This document shows, piece by piece, positions 9,110-17,166 of a stretch of 44,649 bases of DNA. Under the pieces are notes generated by a model. That model made no database searches. It saw only the letters and a list, made by a program, of their open reading frames with translations, and was not told the origin of the DNA. Made by a program: the position numbers and the translations under genes. This DNA is from a virus (taxonomy: Duplodnaviria > Caudoviricetes): positions 1-44,649 of IMG/VR virus record IMGVR_UViG_3300017754_003785; one strand, given 5' to 3'. Position 1 is the stretch's first letter, and each line of letters begins with the position of its first letter.

Positions 9110-9828
9110 GCAGGAAGAAGTTGAAGACGCCCATCGTACCGACGATGACGGCGAAGGAACCGAAAGGACCGTCGGCGGCAGTCGTCGCGGCGGTGAAGGA
9201 AAAGCCGGTCGTTGCGAGCGAAGACAAACTCGACCGTCTTCGCGTACTCGTCGGCGCGGCCCGCGATATCCAGATGATGGTGACGCAGAAGGAAGAAGAG
9301 ATCGACGCGCTCAAGGCTCGTCTGACGAAGGCGCGGACGCTCGATATCCCTCAGTTCATGGAGGACAACGGCATCCCGGCGATCACGCTCGGGGCGGAAG
9401 GAAACGCCCCGGCCGTCGAGTGTGTTCGTGTTCCCTTCTATCAGGCGAATATCAAAACGGACTGGGAGCCGCAGCGCCGCGATGCGGCCTTCGCCTATCT
9501 CGAAAAGATCGGCGAGGGCGATCTGATCAAGACCACGATCACCTATTTCTTCCCGAAGGAGGATCAGGGGGCGACGGGCGACTTCATCGAGAAGGTCTCG
9601 AAACTCAAGATCGTCAAGAAGGTCGGCAAGGCGAAGAAGGGAGCGAAGCAGAAAGTCGAAGCCGTTCGCGTCCCGACTCCGGTCATCGAGCGCGGCGTGC
9701 CGTGGAACTCCCTCACGGCGTGGCTTAAGCGGAAGGTCGAGAACGACAAGTTTGTTCCCGACCTCGAAAAGATCGGCGCGTTCGTCGGTACGGTCGCCGA
9801 TATCAAGCCGCTGAAGGAGAAGAAATGA
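9106..9828 (+). CDS. Conserved phage replication-module protein
   Basis: GTG start after GGAGG; IPQFMEDNG...AAFAYLEKIGEGDLIK...NSLTAWLK pattern seen in phage genes near SSB; function unknown. Confidence 0.6.
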   Translation: MSRKKLKTPIVPTMTAKEPKGPSAAVVAAVKEKPVVASEDKLDRLRVLVGAARDIQMMVTQKEEEIDALKARLTKARTLDIPQFMEDNGIPAITLGAEGNAPAVECVRVPFYQANIKTDWEPQRRDAAFAYLEKIGEGDLIKTTITYFFPKEDQGATGDFIEKVSKLKIVKKVGKAKKGAKQKVEAVRVPTPVIERGVPWNSLTAWLKRKVENDKFVPDLEKIGAFVGTVADIKPLKEKK

Positions 9829-10265
9829 GACCGTCCATCGACGAGTTCGTTCACGGCCGAACCGGCTGGCGATCCGAGGCGAACGGCTTCTCCATTGAGG
9901 TTCGATGGGGAGGCTTCTCGACCGAGGAACCGGACGGACATTGGTGGTGGAGCGTCTGCCTCTGCGAAGATCAGCTTTCGAAGTTCGAATGGGACGCTCT
10001 TCAGAGTCAGACGTTCTACTGGGTCGGAGAGAAGGGCGTCGACTCTTTCGAGAACCATCGGATGAGGCGCGTACTCAAGACCTCCACCGAGGTCTCTATG
10101 ACGAGGGTCGAGTTCGTCAAGATGAGCAAGAGGGCACGCGGTCAGAGCGCCGCCCTCGCGGAGAAGGAGGCGAGAGAGTTTTGCCTCCTTCTTCTGAAGG
10201 AGTTCCCCGGCCGCAAGGTCTGGGACGATACGAAGAAGCGATATGTCGAAGAACAGGAGAAGTGA
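9825..10265 (+). CDS. Hypothetical protein
   Basis: ATGA overlap, AAGGAG SD. Confidence 0.6.
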   Translation: MRPSIDEFVHGRTGWRSEANGFSIEVRWGGFSTEEPDGHWWWSVCLCEDQLSKFEWDALQSQTFYWVGEKGVDSFENHRMRRVLKTSTEVSMTRVEFVKMSKRARGQSAALAEKEAREFCLLLLKEFPGRKVWDDTKKRYVEEQEK

Positions 10266-10267
10266 AA

Positions 10268-11161
10268 ATGGCGAAGCCCATCGATAAGAAGAACGCGAAG
10301 TCGCAGCCGTCCCGAACCGCCGCTCCGGCGCGCGGTCGTCAGGAGGTCGCGACGACACCGAAGCGCGAGGTCGCGTCGGCCGAGAACTCCGGACCGCCGA
10401 ACGATCTGCTCGCGACGATGCAGCAGCACGCGGGTCTCGGCGTCTCGACCGACGCTTCCGACAACCTGATCCCGATCATCACGATCCTTCAGGACGGCAG
10501 CCCGCAGGCCAAGCCGCGCGATCCGAAGTACATCGAAGGTGCCGAAGCCTCGATGATCTGGCTCAAGAACTCTGACGATCCGTTCGTCGTCGGCGAAGAA
10601 GGTATCCTCTTCCAGCCGTGCATCTTCGACAAGGACTTCGTCGAATGGGTCCCGCGCGACTCGGGCGGCGGCTTCGTGACCAAGCACAAGACGGTTCCGA
10701 AGGAGGCCGTGAAGCGCGAGGACCCGAAGAACAAGAACAAGGTCAAGTGGGTCATGCCGAACGGCAACGAGATCATCGAGACCCGCTACCACATCGGCCG
10801 CGTCTTCCGCGAAGACGGATCGAAGCCCGCGTATGTCATCCCGCTCGTTTCGTCCGGGCACCAGGTCTCGCGCGAGTGGATGTTCCGCATGAACAACGTC
10901 TTCCTCCCGGACGGCGTTACGAAGGCGGCGAGCTTCGCGAAGCTCTATCGTCTCACGACGAAGCTGAAGACGAACCCGGTCGGCCAGAGCTGGTTCCTCT
11001 TCAACGTCGAGGATGCCGGCTGGATCGAGACGCGCGAGGACTACGAAGCGGGCCTCGCACTCTATAACGCTTTCTCGAAGGGTGAAGTCGGCGTCGACAA
11101 CCGGACGATGGACAACGCGACCGGTGGCGGCGACGGCGAAGGCGGCGACGGTCCGATGTAG
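10268..11161 (+). CDS. Putative single-stranded DNA-binding protein
   Basis: IPIITILQDGSPQ motif, acidic Gly-rich C-terminal tail, replication context. Confidence 0.55.
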   Translation: MAKPIDKKNAKSQPSRTAAPARGRQEVATTPKREVASAENSGPPNDLLATMQQHAGLGVSTDASDNLIPIITILQDGSPQAKPRDPKYIEGAEASMIWLKNSDDPFVVGEEGILFQPCIFDKDFVEWVPRDSGGGFVTKHKTVPKEAVKREDPKNKNKVKWVMPNGNEIIETRYHIGRVFREDGSKPAYVIPLVSSGHQVSREWMFRMNNVFLPDGVTKAASFAKLYRLTTKLKTNPVGQSWFLFNVEDAGWIETREDYEAGLALYNAFSKGEVGVDNRTMDNATGGGDGEGGDGPM

Positions 11162-11227
11162 AAAAGGACAGAAGGACCGAAAGCTCAAGCCGGTTCCTGC
11201 CCGGCTCCGAGCCTGAAACTCTGTCCC

Positions 11228-11277
11228 GCCGCTCTCTTCCGCTTGACCCCCTCGCGGAAGGGAGCGGCACTTTTTTT
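11228..11277 (+). terminator. Rho-independent terminator
   Basis: GCCGCTCTCTTCCGC / GCGGAAGGGAGCGGC stem followed by ACTTTTTTT. Confidence 0.8.
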
Positions 11278-11288
11278 GGAGGACTCTT

Positions 11289-11522
11289 ATGTGCGACGAC
11301 AGCGATCAAGCCTGCGGACCTACGAAGGTATGTCAGATATTCTCCTGTCAGCAATGGATAGACGGCGAGCAGGTCAAACCGCCGCTCGTCAAGTCCGCTC
11401 CTCACGGCTTCTGGGTTTGCGATAAGTGCGGTTCGTCTTACGGCGTCGATCCGTTTCCGGGTGCCGGAGATAGCAGTATCGCGTTCGGGACGAAATCGAC
11501 CGATCTTGGAGAAACCAAATGA
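11289..11522 (+). CDS. Small Cys-rich hypothetical protein
   Basis: GGAGG SD; WVCDKCGSSYG. Confidence 0.55.
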   Translation: MCDDSDQACGPTKVCQIFSCQQWIDGEQVKPPLVKSAPHGFWVCDKCGSSYGVDPFPGAGDSSIAFGTKSTDLGETK

Positions 11523-11992
11523 TCATGGCAGCTACCGGACACCGCCCCGATAAGCTCGGCGGTTATGGCGACGAAGTAACCGCTCGCCTCATCGCGGTTG
11601 CGGAGAAAGGTCTACTGAGGCTAAAGCCAAGCGGGATGATCGTCGGTATGGCGCTCGGCTTCGACCTCGCCGTTGCGGCGGCCTGCGTTCGCCTCGATGT
11701 CCCGTTCAAGGCGGCGGTGCCGTTCCCCGGACAGGAGGCGCGTTGGCCCGAGGCCACGAAGGAGCGCTATCGACTCCTCCTAAGCCGAGCCGAGGAAGTC
11801 GTCTTCGTGAGCGATGGCGTCTATGCCGCTTGGAAGATGCACAAGCGAAACGAATGGATGGTCGACCGCTCATCCGCCGTCGTCGCCCTCTATGACGGAA
11901 GCCGTGAAGGCGGGACGTTCCGTTGCGTCGAGTACGCGAGGAAGAAGAAGCGCGAAGTTCACAACCTCTGGGGAGATTGGATCAATGGTTAG
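11519..11992 (+). CDS. SLOG family YspA/DUF1273-like protein
   Basis: TGHRP, GMALGFD, PFPGQ..RW, RNEWMVD, GGT..CVEYA motifs. Confidence 0.85.
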   Translation: MIMAATGHRPDKLGGYGDEVTARLIAVAEKGLLRLKPSGMIVGMALGFDLAVAAACVRLDVPFKAAVPFPGQEARWPEATKERYRLLLSRAEEVVFVSDGVYAAWKMHKRNEWMVDRSSAVVALYDGSREGGTFRCVEYARKKKREVHNLWGDWING

Positions 11993-12722
11993 TCTTATCC
12001 ACGTCGTCGATACCGAGACGACCGGACTCGGGCGCGAAGGCGAAGCGAAGCCACGCGTTGTCGAACTCGCTTCGGTCGCTCTCGCGCTCGGAAAGTCTCG
12101 TTGGGGGATCGTTCGCGGGATCGGTGGAGTCCGTTCGTCGCTTATCAATCCCGGAGTCCCTATTCCTCCGGAAGCTCGCGGCGTTCATCATATTTCGGAC
12201 GAAGACGTTTCCGATGCGCCTTCGTTCGAAGACGCGCTCAAGACGATGGCGAAGCCCGAGCCTCACGCGAGAGCCGCCCATAACTCGGAATACGACCGGC
12301 AGTTCTTCCCGGAAGGTTCGTGGATTTGCACGTATCGATGCTCTCGCCAAATCTGGCCTGACCTCGCCAGCCACGGAAATCAGACAATCCGCTACTCGAT
12401 CCCCGGTCTGAACGAAAAGATTATGAAGGACGTTCGGGCGACGCACGCCATGAGACTTCCTCCTCATCGCGCGCTTCCCGACGCTTGGGTAACGGCGCAT
12501 ATCCTTCTAGAGCTTCTAGCGGTTCGCTCCGCCGAAGAGCTGATCGAGCTTACGAAACAACCGATCCTCCTGAAGACCGTTCGCTTCGGTAAGCATCGAG
12601 GAGTTCTCTGGTCGGACGTTCCGCGAGACTACCTCTCTTGGCTACTCCGGAAGGAAGAAGGGAAGCCGGGAGACTTCGACGCCGATACGGTCTTCACGGC
12701 GAAGTACTGGTGGACGCGATGA
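11985..12722 (+). CDS. Exodeoxyribonuclease X-like DEDDh exonuclease
   Basis: VDTETTGL, AHNSEYD, HRALPDA, plus C-terminal FGKHRG...VPRDYLSWL (DUF3820-like). Confidence 0.85.
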   Translation: MVSLIHVVDTETTGLGREGEAKPRVVELASVALALGKSRWGIVRGIGGVRSSLINPGVPIPPEARGVHHISDEDVSDAPSFEDALKTMAKPEPHARAAHNSEYDRQFFPEGSWICTYRCSRQIWPDLASHGNQTIRYSIPGLNEKIMKDVRATHAMRLPPHRALPDAWVTAHILLELLAVRSAEELIELTKQPILLKTVRFGKHRGVLWSDVPRDYLSWLLRKEEGKPGDFDADTVFTAKYWWTR

Positions 12723-13270
12723 GCGGGACGGACGGCGGCCTACGGTCGATCTACAACGCGCATCTTCGCGGTATGCATCTTCTCCCTATCGAGACCGGGA
12801 TGACGGTCCAAGGCGTACCCGATACCAACGGGTGCGACGAGGGCGTCGAGTTCTGGATCGAGAACAAGCGGGTCTACGGTAAGACCATCCGGATGCGGCC
12901 CAAGCAGGTCGGCTGGCATACTCGTCGCGCCATCGCTGGCGGACGATCATTCATCGCCGCGAGACGAGAGACACGCGAAGGTCCACGGCTTGGCGAAGCG
13001 GTCGATGAGCTTTATCTCTTCTTCGGTGTTCAGGCGCGTGAGGTACTGGAGAGAGGCATCGATGTGAAGGCGATACTCATCGAGACTGGAGGACCTTCGC
13101 GATGGAACTGGAAGGCTATCCGCGAGGTCCTTCTCTTCGCTCCGCTCCCGAAATGGCGCGAGGTTATCGCCCCGGTCTCCGGGGGATCGATTAGACGCCT
13201 TCCGGGAGCCCCGGCCGGGAGCCCCGGCCCGGCCCCTACTAGGCCCCGATCCCCGGCCGGGAGTCGATAA
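12719..13270 (+). CDS. PD-(D/E)XK nuclease (VRR-NUC / resolvase-like)
   Basis: GVPD...WIENK...RPKQVGWH...GG. Confidence 0.7.
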   Translation: MSGTDGGLRSIYNAHLRGMHLLPIETGMTVQGVPDTNGCDEGVEFWIENKRVYGKTIRMRPKQVGWHTRRAIAGGRSFIAARRETREGPRLGEAVDELYLFFGVQAREVLERGIDVKAILIETGGPSRWNWKAIREVLLFAPLPKWREVIAPVSGGSIRRLPGAPAGSPGPAPTRPRSPAGSR

Positions 13271-13973
13271 AACGCCTGTTTTGGTCGTGGTTTCGTTTTA
13301 ATGCCGATGGCGTAAGGCTTTTAGCCTTGTCGTTTTTGGGCCTTTCCTGAGCTCCGGGAGGGCTCCCGGACCGGGGCGGCCCGGACCCCTACTATATATG
13401 GGGCCTAAAAAACCGGTTTCCGGGCCTTCCTTCCTTCCTCTTTCTTTCTATAATGGGCCTACCTCCGGCGGCAACGTCGGAGGGGCGGGGCCTCCGGGCC
13501 TCGCTGGTTCCCCTCCGAAACTTAGGGCCGCGTGGAGGCCGCTGGAGGGAACCGGGGAAAAATTAGAAGCGCCCTGCTAGGCTCTTCGAACCGCTTGCAG
13601 CCAAAACGGCGAGGTTCGATCAGCACTCTAGGCGGCCCCGGCTAAAGAACCCTAGACCCTATCGCCCCTTCTGGGCCGATGGCTCTGCTCTCCTTTCCTC
13701 GTCCTCCTCTGTAGGCCGAAAGGAGAAGCGGCCTCGGCGTTCGGATCGGGACGGGTCTAGCCTCTTCCTATCCCGCCCCAAGTCGCTGAATAGATAAGTC
13801 CTGAAATCGTTCCCCCGTCGCTCTAGTCGCCGGAACGATAGAGGCTCTTAAGCGCGGAGGCCGATCCCCGTCCGAGTGCGAGACGCGGAGTTTAGCGAAG
13901 AGAGATCGATGCATAACGAACCGATGCGCTCTATGAAGCCGTCGCGACTGAGGTTATGCTACTAACTTAAAAG

Positions 13974-14036
13974 AGGAAGCTCTAACGGTGAGAGCGTCGA
14001 TACTAACGACGCTCGATCCGCCAGCGCTTCCGCTGG
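13974..14036 (+). ncRNA. Intergenic pseudoknot RNA motif, copy 1
   Basis: AGGAAGCTCTAACGGTGA-GAGCGTCG ATACTAA CGACGCTC-GATCCG-CCAGCGCTTCCGCTGG. Confidence 0.8.
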
Positions 14037-14057
14037 GTAACGAAGAAGGAGAAGAAC

Positions 14058-14252
14058 ATGGCTTATCGGATTTCATCCAAGTCGTATCGTAATGCTCAGA
14101 AGGTTCTGCACACGCCGATGTGGTCGCTCTACTCGGCGAAGGCTCATAAGGAAGCCGAACAGCTCGTCGAGAACTACGATCAGGGCGCGACGTTCGAACG
14201 TAAGCCGAAGGAGTTCAACCCGCAGCCGAACATCGGCGGCAAGAAGCGCTAA
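14058..14252 (+). CDS. Hypothetical protein
   Basis: AAGGAG SD directly after motif copy 1. Confidence 0.7.
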   Translation: MAYRISSKSYRNAQKVLHTPMWSLYSAKAHKEAEQLVENYDQGATFERKPKEFNPQPNIGGKKR

Positions 14253-14257
14253 CGATC

Positions 14258-14319
14258 AGGAAGCTCTAACGGTAGCCGACACGATCCGTCGTGTCGGTCT
14301 CCGCCAGCGCTTCCGCTGG
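14258..14319 (+). ncRNA. Intergenic pseudoknot RNA motif, copy 2 (divergent hairpin)
   Basis: AGGAAGCTCTAACGGTA-GCCGACACGA TCCG TCGTGTCGGT-CTCCG-CCAGCGCTTCCGCTGG. Confidence 0.8.
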
Positions 14320-14338
14320 GTAACGAAGGAGAAAGACC

Positions 14339-14593
14339 ATGACGACGTTCGAAGAGTTCAAGGCATCGCGTAAGTACGTCTCGAACCTCGCGCCGTACAC
14401 GAGCGGCTTCGCGGAGTTCGCCGGATACCTCTACCTCGACGCCTTCTATATCGGCGTGCCGAACGAAGGGTCGACCAGCGCTCATTACGAAGTGAGCCTC
14501 GCCGGAGACGACCGGACATTCGGGACCATCGAGGAAGCCGAGCGCTTCCTCTGGGAAGAGTTCGCCGATAGCGAGCTTAACGACGAGAACTAG
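14339..14593 (+). CDS. Hypothetical acidic protein
   Basis: SD after copy 2; its TAG overlaps copy 3. Confidence 0.7.
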   Translation: MTTFEEFKASRKYVSNLAPYTSGFAEFAGYLYLDAFYIGVPNEGSTSAHYEVSLAGDDRTFGTIEEAERFLWEEFADSELNDEN

Positions 14594-14649
14594 GAAGCTC
14601 TAACGGTGAGAGCGGCTGCGGCCGCTCGATCCGCCAGCGCTTCCGCTGG
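14592..14649 (+). ncRNA. Intergenic pseudoknot RNA motif, copy 3
   Basis: Variable hairpin GAGCGGC TGCG GCCGCTC. Confidence 0.8.
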
Positions 14650-14669
14650 ATAACGAAGGAGAGACGACG

Positions 14670-14960
14670 ATGGCTAAGGATTATTCGAAGCGGTCCGAAG
14701 AAGAAGCGAAGACGTTCGAACTGCTCGACGGCTTCTTAGAGGTAAAGGCGAACTGGTCGCCGTCGACCGCGCTCGCGGCTCGGGTCTTCCGGGTTATGTA
14801 TTACGCGATGATCGACATCGATCAGATCAACCGGATCGGAGCGGCACTTAACAACGTCGAGACGGTCGACCTCACCGAAGCGGTCAAAGCACTCCACCAA
14901 GCGAAGGTCCTTCGTTCTCTCGGTCGCGATGGTCGTCGCTACTACGAAGTCAACTACTAG
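14670..14960 (+). CDS. Hypothetical protein
   Basis: SD after copy 3; its TAG overlaps copy 4. Confidence 0.7.
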   Translation: MAKDYSKRSEEEAKTFELLDGFLEVKANWSPSTALAARVFRVMYYAMIDIDQINRIGAALNNVETVDLTEAVKALHQAKVLRSLGRDGRRYYEVNY

Positions 14961-15020
14961 GAAGTTCTAACGGTGAGAGCGGCGCTTCGGTGCCGCTCGA
15001 TCCGCCAGCGCTTCCGCTGG
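14959..15020 (+). ncRNA. Intergenic pseudoknot RNA motif, copy 4
   Basis: 5' strand GGAAGT; hairpin GAGCGGCGC TTCG GTGCCGCTC. Confidence 0.8.
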
Positions 15021-15038
15021 GTAACGAAGGAGACGACG

Positions 15039-15266
15039 ATGGCGAAGACGTATTACACGCTCGTGACGCGAGACGACGATAAGAGCCCGTGGGCGATCCA
15101 CTTCGGCGACTACGACCGCGCGACCGTCGCGGACGAAGCAGACGACCTCTACGACGAAGGGCTCGGCGTTCGCCGGAAGAACCTCAAGATCGTTAAGAGC
15201 GGCGACCGACAGGCCGATATCGACGCGGTGGTTCGTCGCCTTAACGAAGAGGAGAGCGCGCGATGA
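15039..15266 (+). CDS. Hypothetical protein
   Basis: AAGGAG SD; ATG 15039 (MAKTYY...). Confidence 0.7.
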   Translation: MAKTYYTLVTRDDDKSPWAIHFGDYDRATVADEADDLYDEGLGVRRKNLKIVKSGDRQADIDAVVRRLNEEESAR

Positions 15267-15400
15267 CGTTCGATCTGAAAGCGCTATGTGACGCGATACG
15301 GCTCGAATGTGAATTCGCCGCGTCTCGAAAAGGAACCCGGAGCCGACCGATCAAGACGAGACGAGGCTGGTACAATCGGTACGGATATCTGATCGCTTAG
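15263..15400 (+). CDS. Small hypothetical protein (45 aa)
   Basis: ATGA overlap, GAGGAG SD; fills the gap. Confidence 0.45.
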   Translation: MTFDLKALCDAIRLECEFAASRKGTRSRPIKTRRGWYNRYGYLIA

Positions 15401-15404
15401 GAGG

Positions 15405-15605
15405 ATGAACATTATGAACGAACTGTCTCAGGCCATCTACCTTCAGGTCATCTACGTCTTCACCAACGTCTTTCTGGCTCGCTTCAGCAAGAGCGAGATC
15501 GTCAGAGAGTTGAATGTCAGTGACGGCATCGTACGTGAGTTTCATCGCGTGATGAACAAGCGCCACCCCAACAATCCGTGGCTCTACTACGGCACCCGGT
15601 ACTAG
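15405..15605 (+). CDS. Hypothetical protein
   Basis: AGGAGG SD; start could be 15405 or 15414. Confidence 0.6.
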   Translation: MNIMNELSQAIYLQVIYVFTNVFLARFSKSEIVRELNVSDGIVREFHRVMNKRHPNNPWLYYGTRY

Positions 15606-15617
15606 GAGGACCGTCTG

Positions 15618-15713
15618 ATGTGGCTCGCTGTTCAACTACTCTCGCCGTGGATCGCGGCAGCTCTCGTCCTCTGGCTTATCGGAGACCCGGAGAACGACGA
15701 GCGGAACTACTAG
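15618..15713 (+). CDS. Small membrane protein (31 aa)
   Basis: AGGAGG SD; MWLAVQLLSPWIAAALVLWLIGDPENDERNY; its TAG overlaps copy 5. Confidence 0.55.
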   Translation: MWLAVQLLSPWIAAALVLWLIGDPENDERNY

Positions 15714-15769
15714 GAAGCTCTAACGGTGAGAGCGGCTACGGCCGCTCGATCCGCCAGCGCTTCCGCTGG
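15712..15769 (+). ncRNA. Intergenic pseudoknot RNA motif, copy 5
   Basis: Hairpin GAGCGGC TACG GCCGCTC; an extra CGCTC...GAGCG hairpin lies before the SD. Confidence 0.8.
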
Positions 15770-15819
15770 ACGCTCCGATCCCGAGAGGACGAGCGGGTAC
15801 TTCGAAATAGGAGACTACT

Positions 15820-16161
15820 ATGAACGCCAAGAAGAACAACGTCGCCGTCGTCGCCAACGTCGTCAAGGCTTCGGCCGAGAACACGAAGAAGGTCGCGGTC
15901 AAGAAGGTCGCGGTCAAGAAGGTCGCGAAGAAGACGGCGAAGAAGGCCGCGTCGGACAAGGTTATGAAGGCGCGGGCCACCCGCCACGCCGTTAAGGTCG
16001 GCGGCAAGAAGTACGATAGCGCCTGGAGCGCCTTCAAGTCGCTGAAGCTCGGGACCGCCGCCCAGTGTGCCCGGTTTCGCAAGTCGTTGAAGGCGAGCGG
16101 TCGGGCCGTGTTCGAGAACGGCAAGCGTTCCGTTACCTTTCAGATCGTTAAGGAGGCTTAG
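15820..16161 (+). CDS. Histone-like basic protein
   Basis: KKVAVKKVAVKKVAKKTAKK repeats plus a small C-terminal domain. Confidence 0.7.
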   Translation: MNAKKNNVAVVANVVKASAENTKKVAVKKVAVKKVAKKTAKKAASDKVMKARATRHAVKVGGKKYDSAWSAFKSLKLGTAAQCARFRKSLKASGRAVFENGKRSVTFQIVKEA

Positions 16162-16164
16162 TCA

Positions 16165-16677
16165 ATGAAGGAAGTTCGCTTTCAAGACATGTTTCGCTGG
16201 GGGATGAGCCGGGACGTTCCGGCCATCCTTTCTTTTCCATCCGGGCCGATAATCAACCTCGGCTCCGGTCGAAAGGCCCTTCCCTACGAAACGACCAACC
16301 TCGATCTTCCCGATTGGGATGCTCGACGAGATACGATCCCGTTCGGAGACGAAGAAGTGGCGGGAGTGGTCGCTTATCACTTCTTCGAACATCTCGACGG
16401 CTCGACCGCTACGAAAGTCGTCGAGGAAATAAATCGAGTTCTGAAGCCGGGCGGTTCCGCGCTTATCGTGGTGCCGTACTATAATTCGCAACTACAGCAT
16501 CAGAACCTCGATCACAAATCGTCGTGGACGGAAGAGACGTTCAAGAACCTCTTCACCGACACTACATATGATCGGGAAGGCGGACGCATCGACTGGCGCC
16601 TTAAGATCGGTTTCCAATTGATCTGCGGGATCGTCGAGAGAAACATCTGTCTCGCTACGCAACTCGTGAAGCTCTAA
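16165..16677 (+). CDS. Class I SAM-dependent methyltransferase (Methyltransf_11-like)
   Basis: INLGSG, IPFGDE, HFFEHL, RVLKPGG motifs. Confidence 0.8.
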   Translation: MKEVRFQDMFRWGMSRDVPAILSFPSGPIINLGSGRKALPYETTNLDLPDWDARRDTIPFGDEEVAGVVAYHFFEHLDGSTATKVVEEINRVLKPGGSALIVVPYYNSQLQHQNLDHKSSWTEETFKNLFTDTTYDREGGRIDWRLKIGFQLICGIVERNICLATQLVKL

Positions 16678-16729
16678 CGGTGAGAGCCCCGACGCGATCC
16701 GGGGCTCGATCCGCCAGCGCTTCCGCTGG
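16668..16729 (+). ncRNA. Intergenic pseudoknot RNA motif, copy 6
   Basis: Begins GAAGCTCTAA inside the methyltransferase gene end; hairpin GAGCCCCG ACGCGATC CGGGGCTC. Confidence 0.8.
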
Positions 16730-16743
16730 GATAGGAGAGACGA

Positions 16744-17091
16744 ATGTATGAACGCTATAAGACGACGAGCGGTTCGATCACGGTCAAGAACGGCGACGAG
16801 GGACCGCGCCACGACCCGTACTCCTTCGTCGAGTACACGGTAGAGAGGAAAGGAAAGAGGAAGACGACGATCCATCTCGGCCTCGTCGTCTGGTGCAAGG
16901 TCGAAGGACGGCCGGTCAAGAAGACGATGAACGAGGCGAAGGCGCGCGAGCGGTTCGCTCGATACGTCGGATGGCCTCTCGAAGAAGTCGAGCGTGCCGT
17001 CGGCCTTGCCGACCGGAGGCGCGAGCGGTCATACGACCTTTCCGGTATCCGCGCGGCCGAACGCGCTGCCGGATGGGACGCTTCGCCGTAG
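16744..17091 (+). CDS. Hypothetical protein
   Basis: AGGAG SD after copy 6. Confidence 0.7.
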   Translation: MYERYKTTSGSITVKNGDEGPRHDPYSFVEYTVERKGKRKTTIHLGLVVWCKVEGRPVKKTMNEAKARERFARYVGWPLEEVERAVGLADRRRERSYDLSGIRAAERAAGWDASP

Positions 17092-17151
17092 GAAGCTCTA
17101 ACGGTGAGAGCCTCGATGGTACGAGGCTCGATCCGCCAGCGCTTCCGCTGG
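17090..17151 (+). ncRNA. Intergenic pseudoknot RNA motif, copy 7
   Basis: Hairpin GAGCCTCG ATGGTA CGAGGCTC. Confidence 0.8.
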
Positions 17152-17166
17152 GATAAGGAGAGATAG

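Noticed and set aside
13398-13580. ORFs in the GC-run tracts (also 31446-31721)
   Set aside because: Low-complexity Pro/Gly/Arg translations, no clear SD and atypical codon usage.
13785-13846. Second hammerhead (CTGAATAG...GAAA-stem-TA)
   Set aside because: The core reads CUGAAUA rather than CUGANGA, and stems I and II cannot be formed.
14021-14264. Pairing of one copy's loop with the next copy's GGAAGC across the gene, or a permuted pistol ribozyme
   Set aside because: The compensatory change lies within copy 10, which supports intra-copy pairing. The other conserved pistol nucleotides are not evident.
14973-15038. ORF-track peptides containing SIRQRFRW or QRKRWRIE
   Set aside because: These are translations of the repeat itself. 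The real starts follow the SD downstream of each copy.
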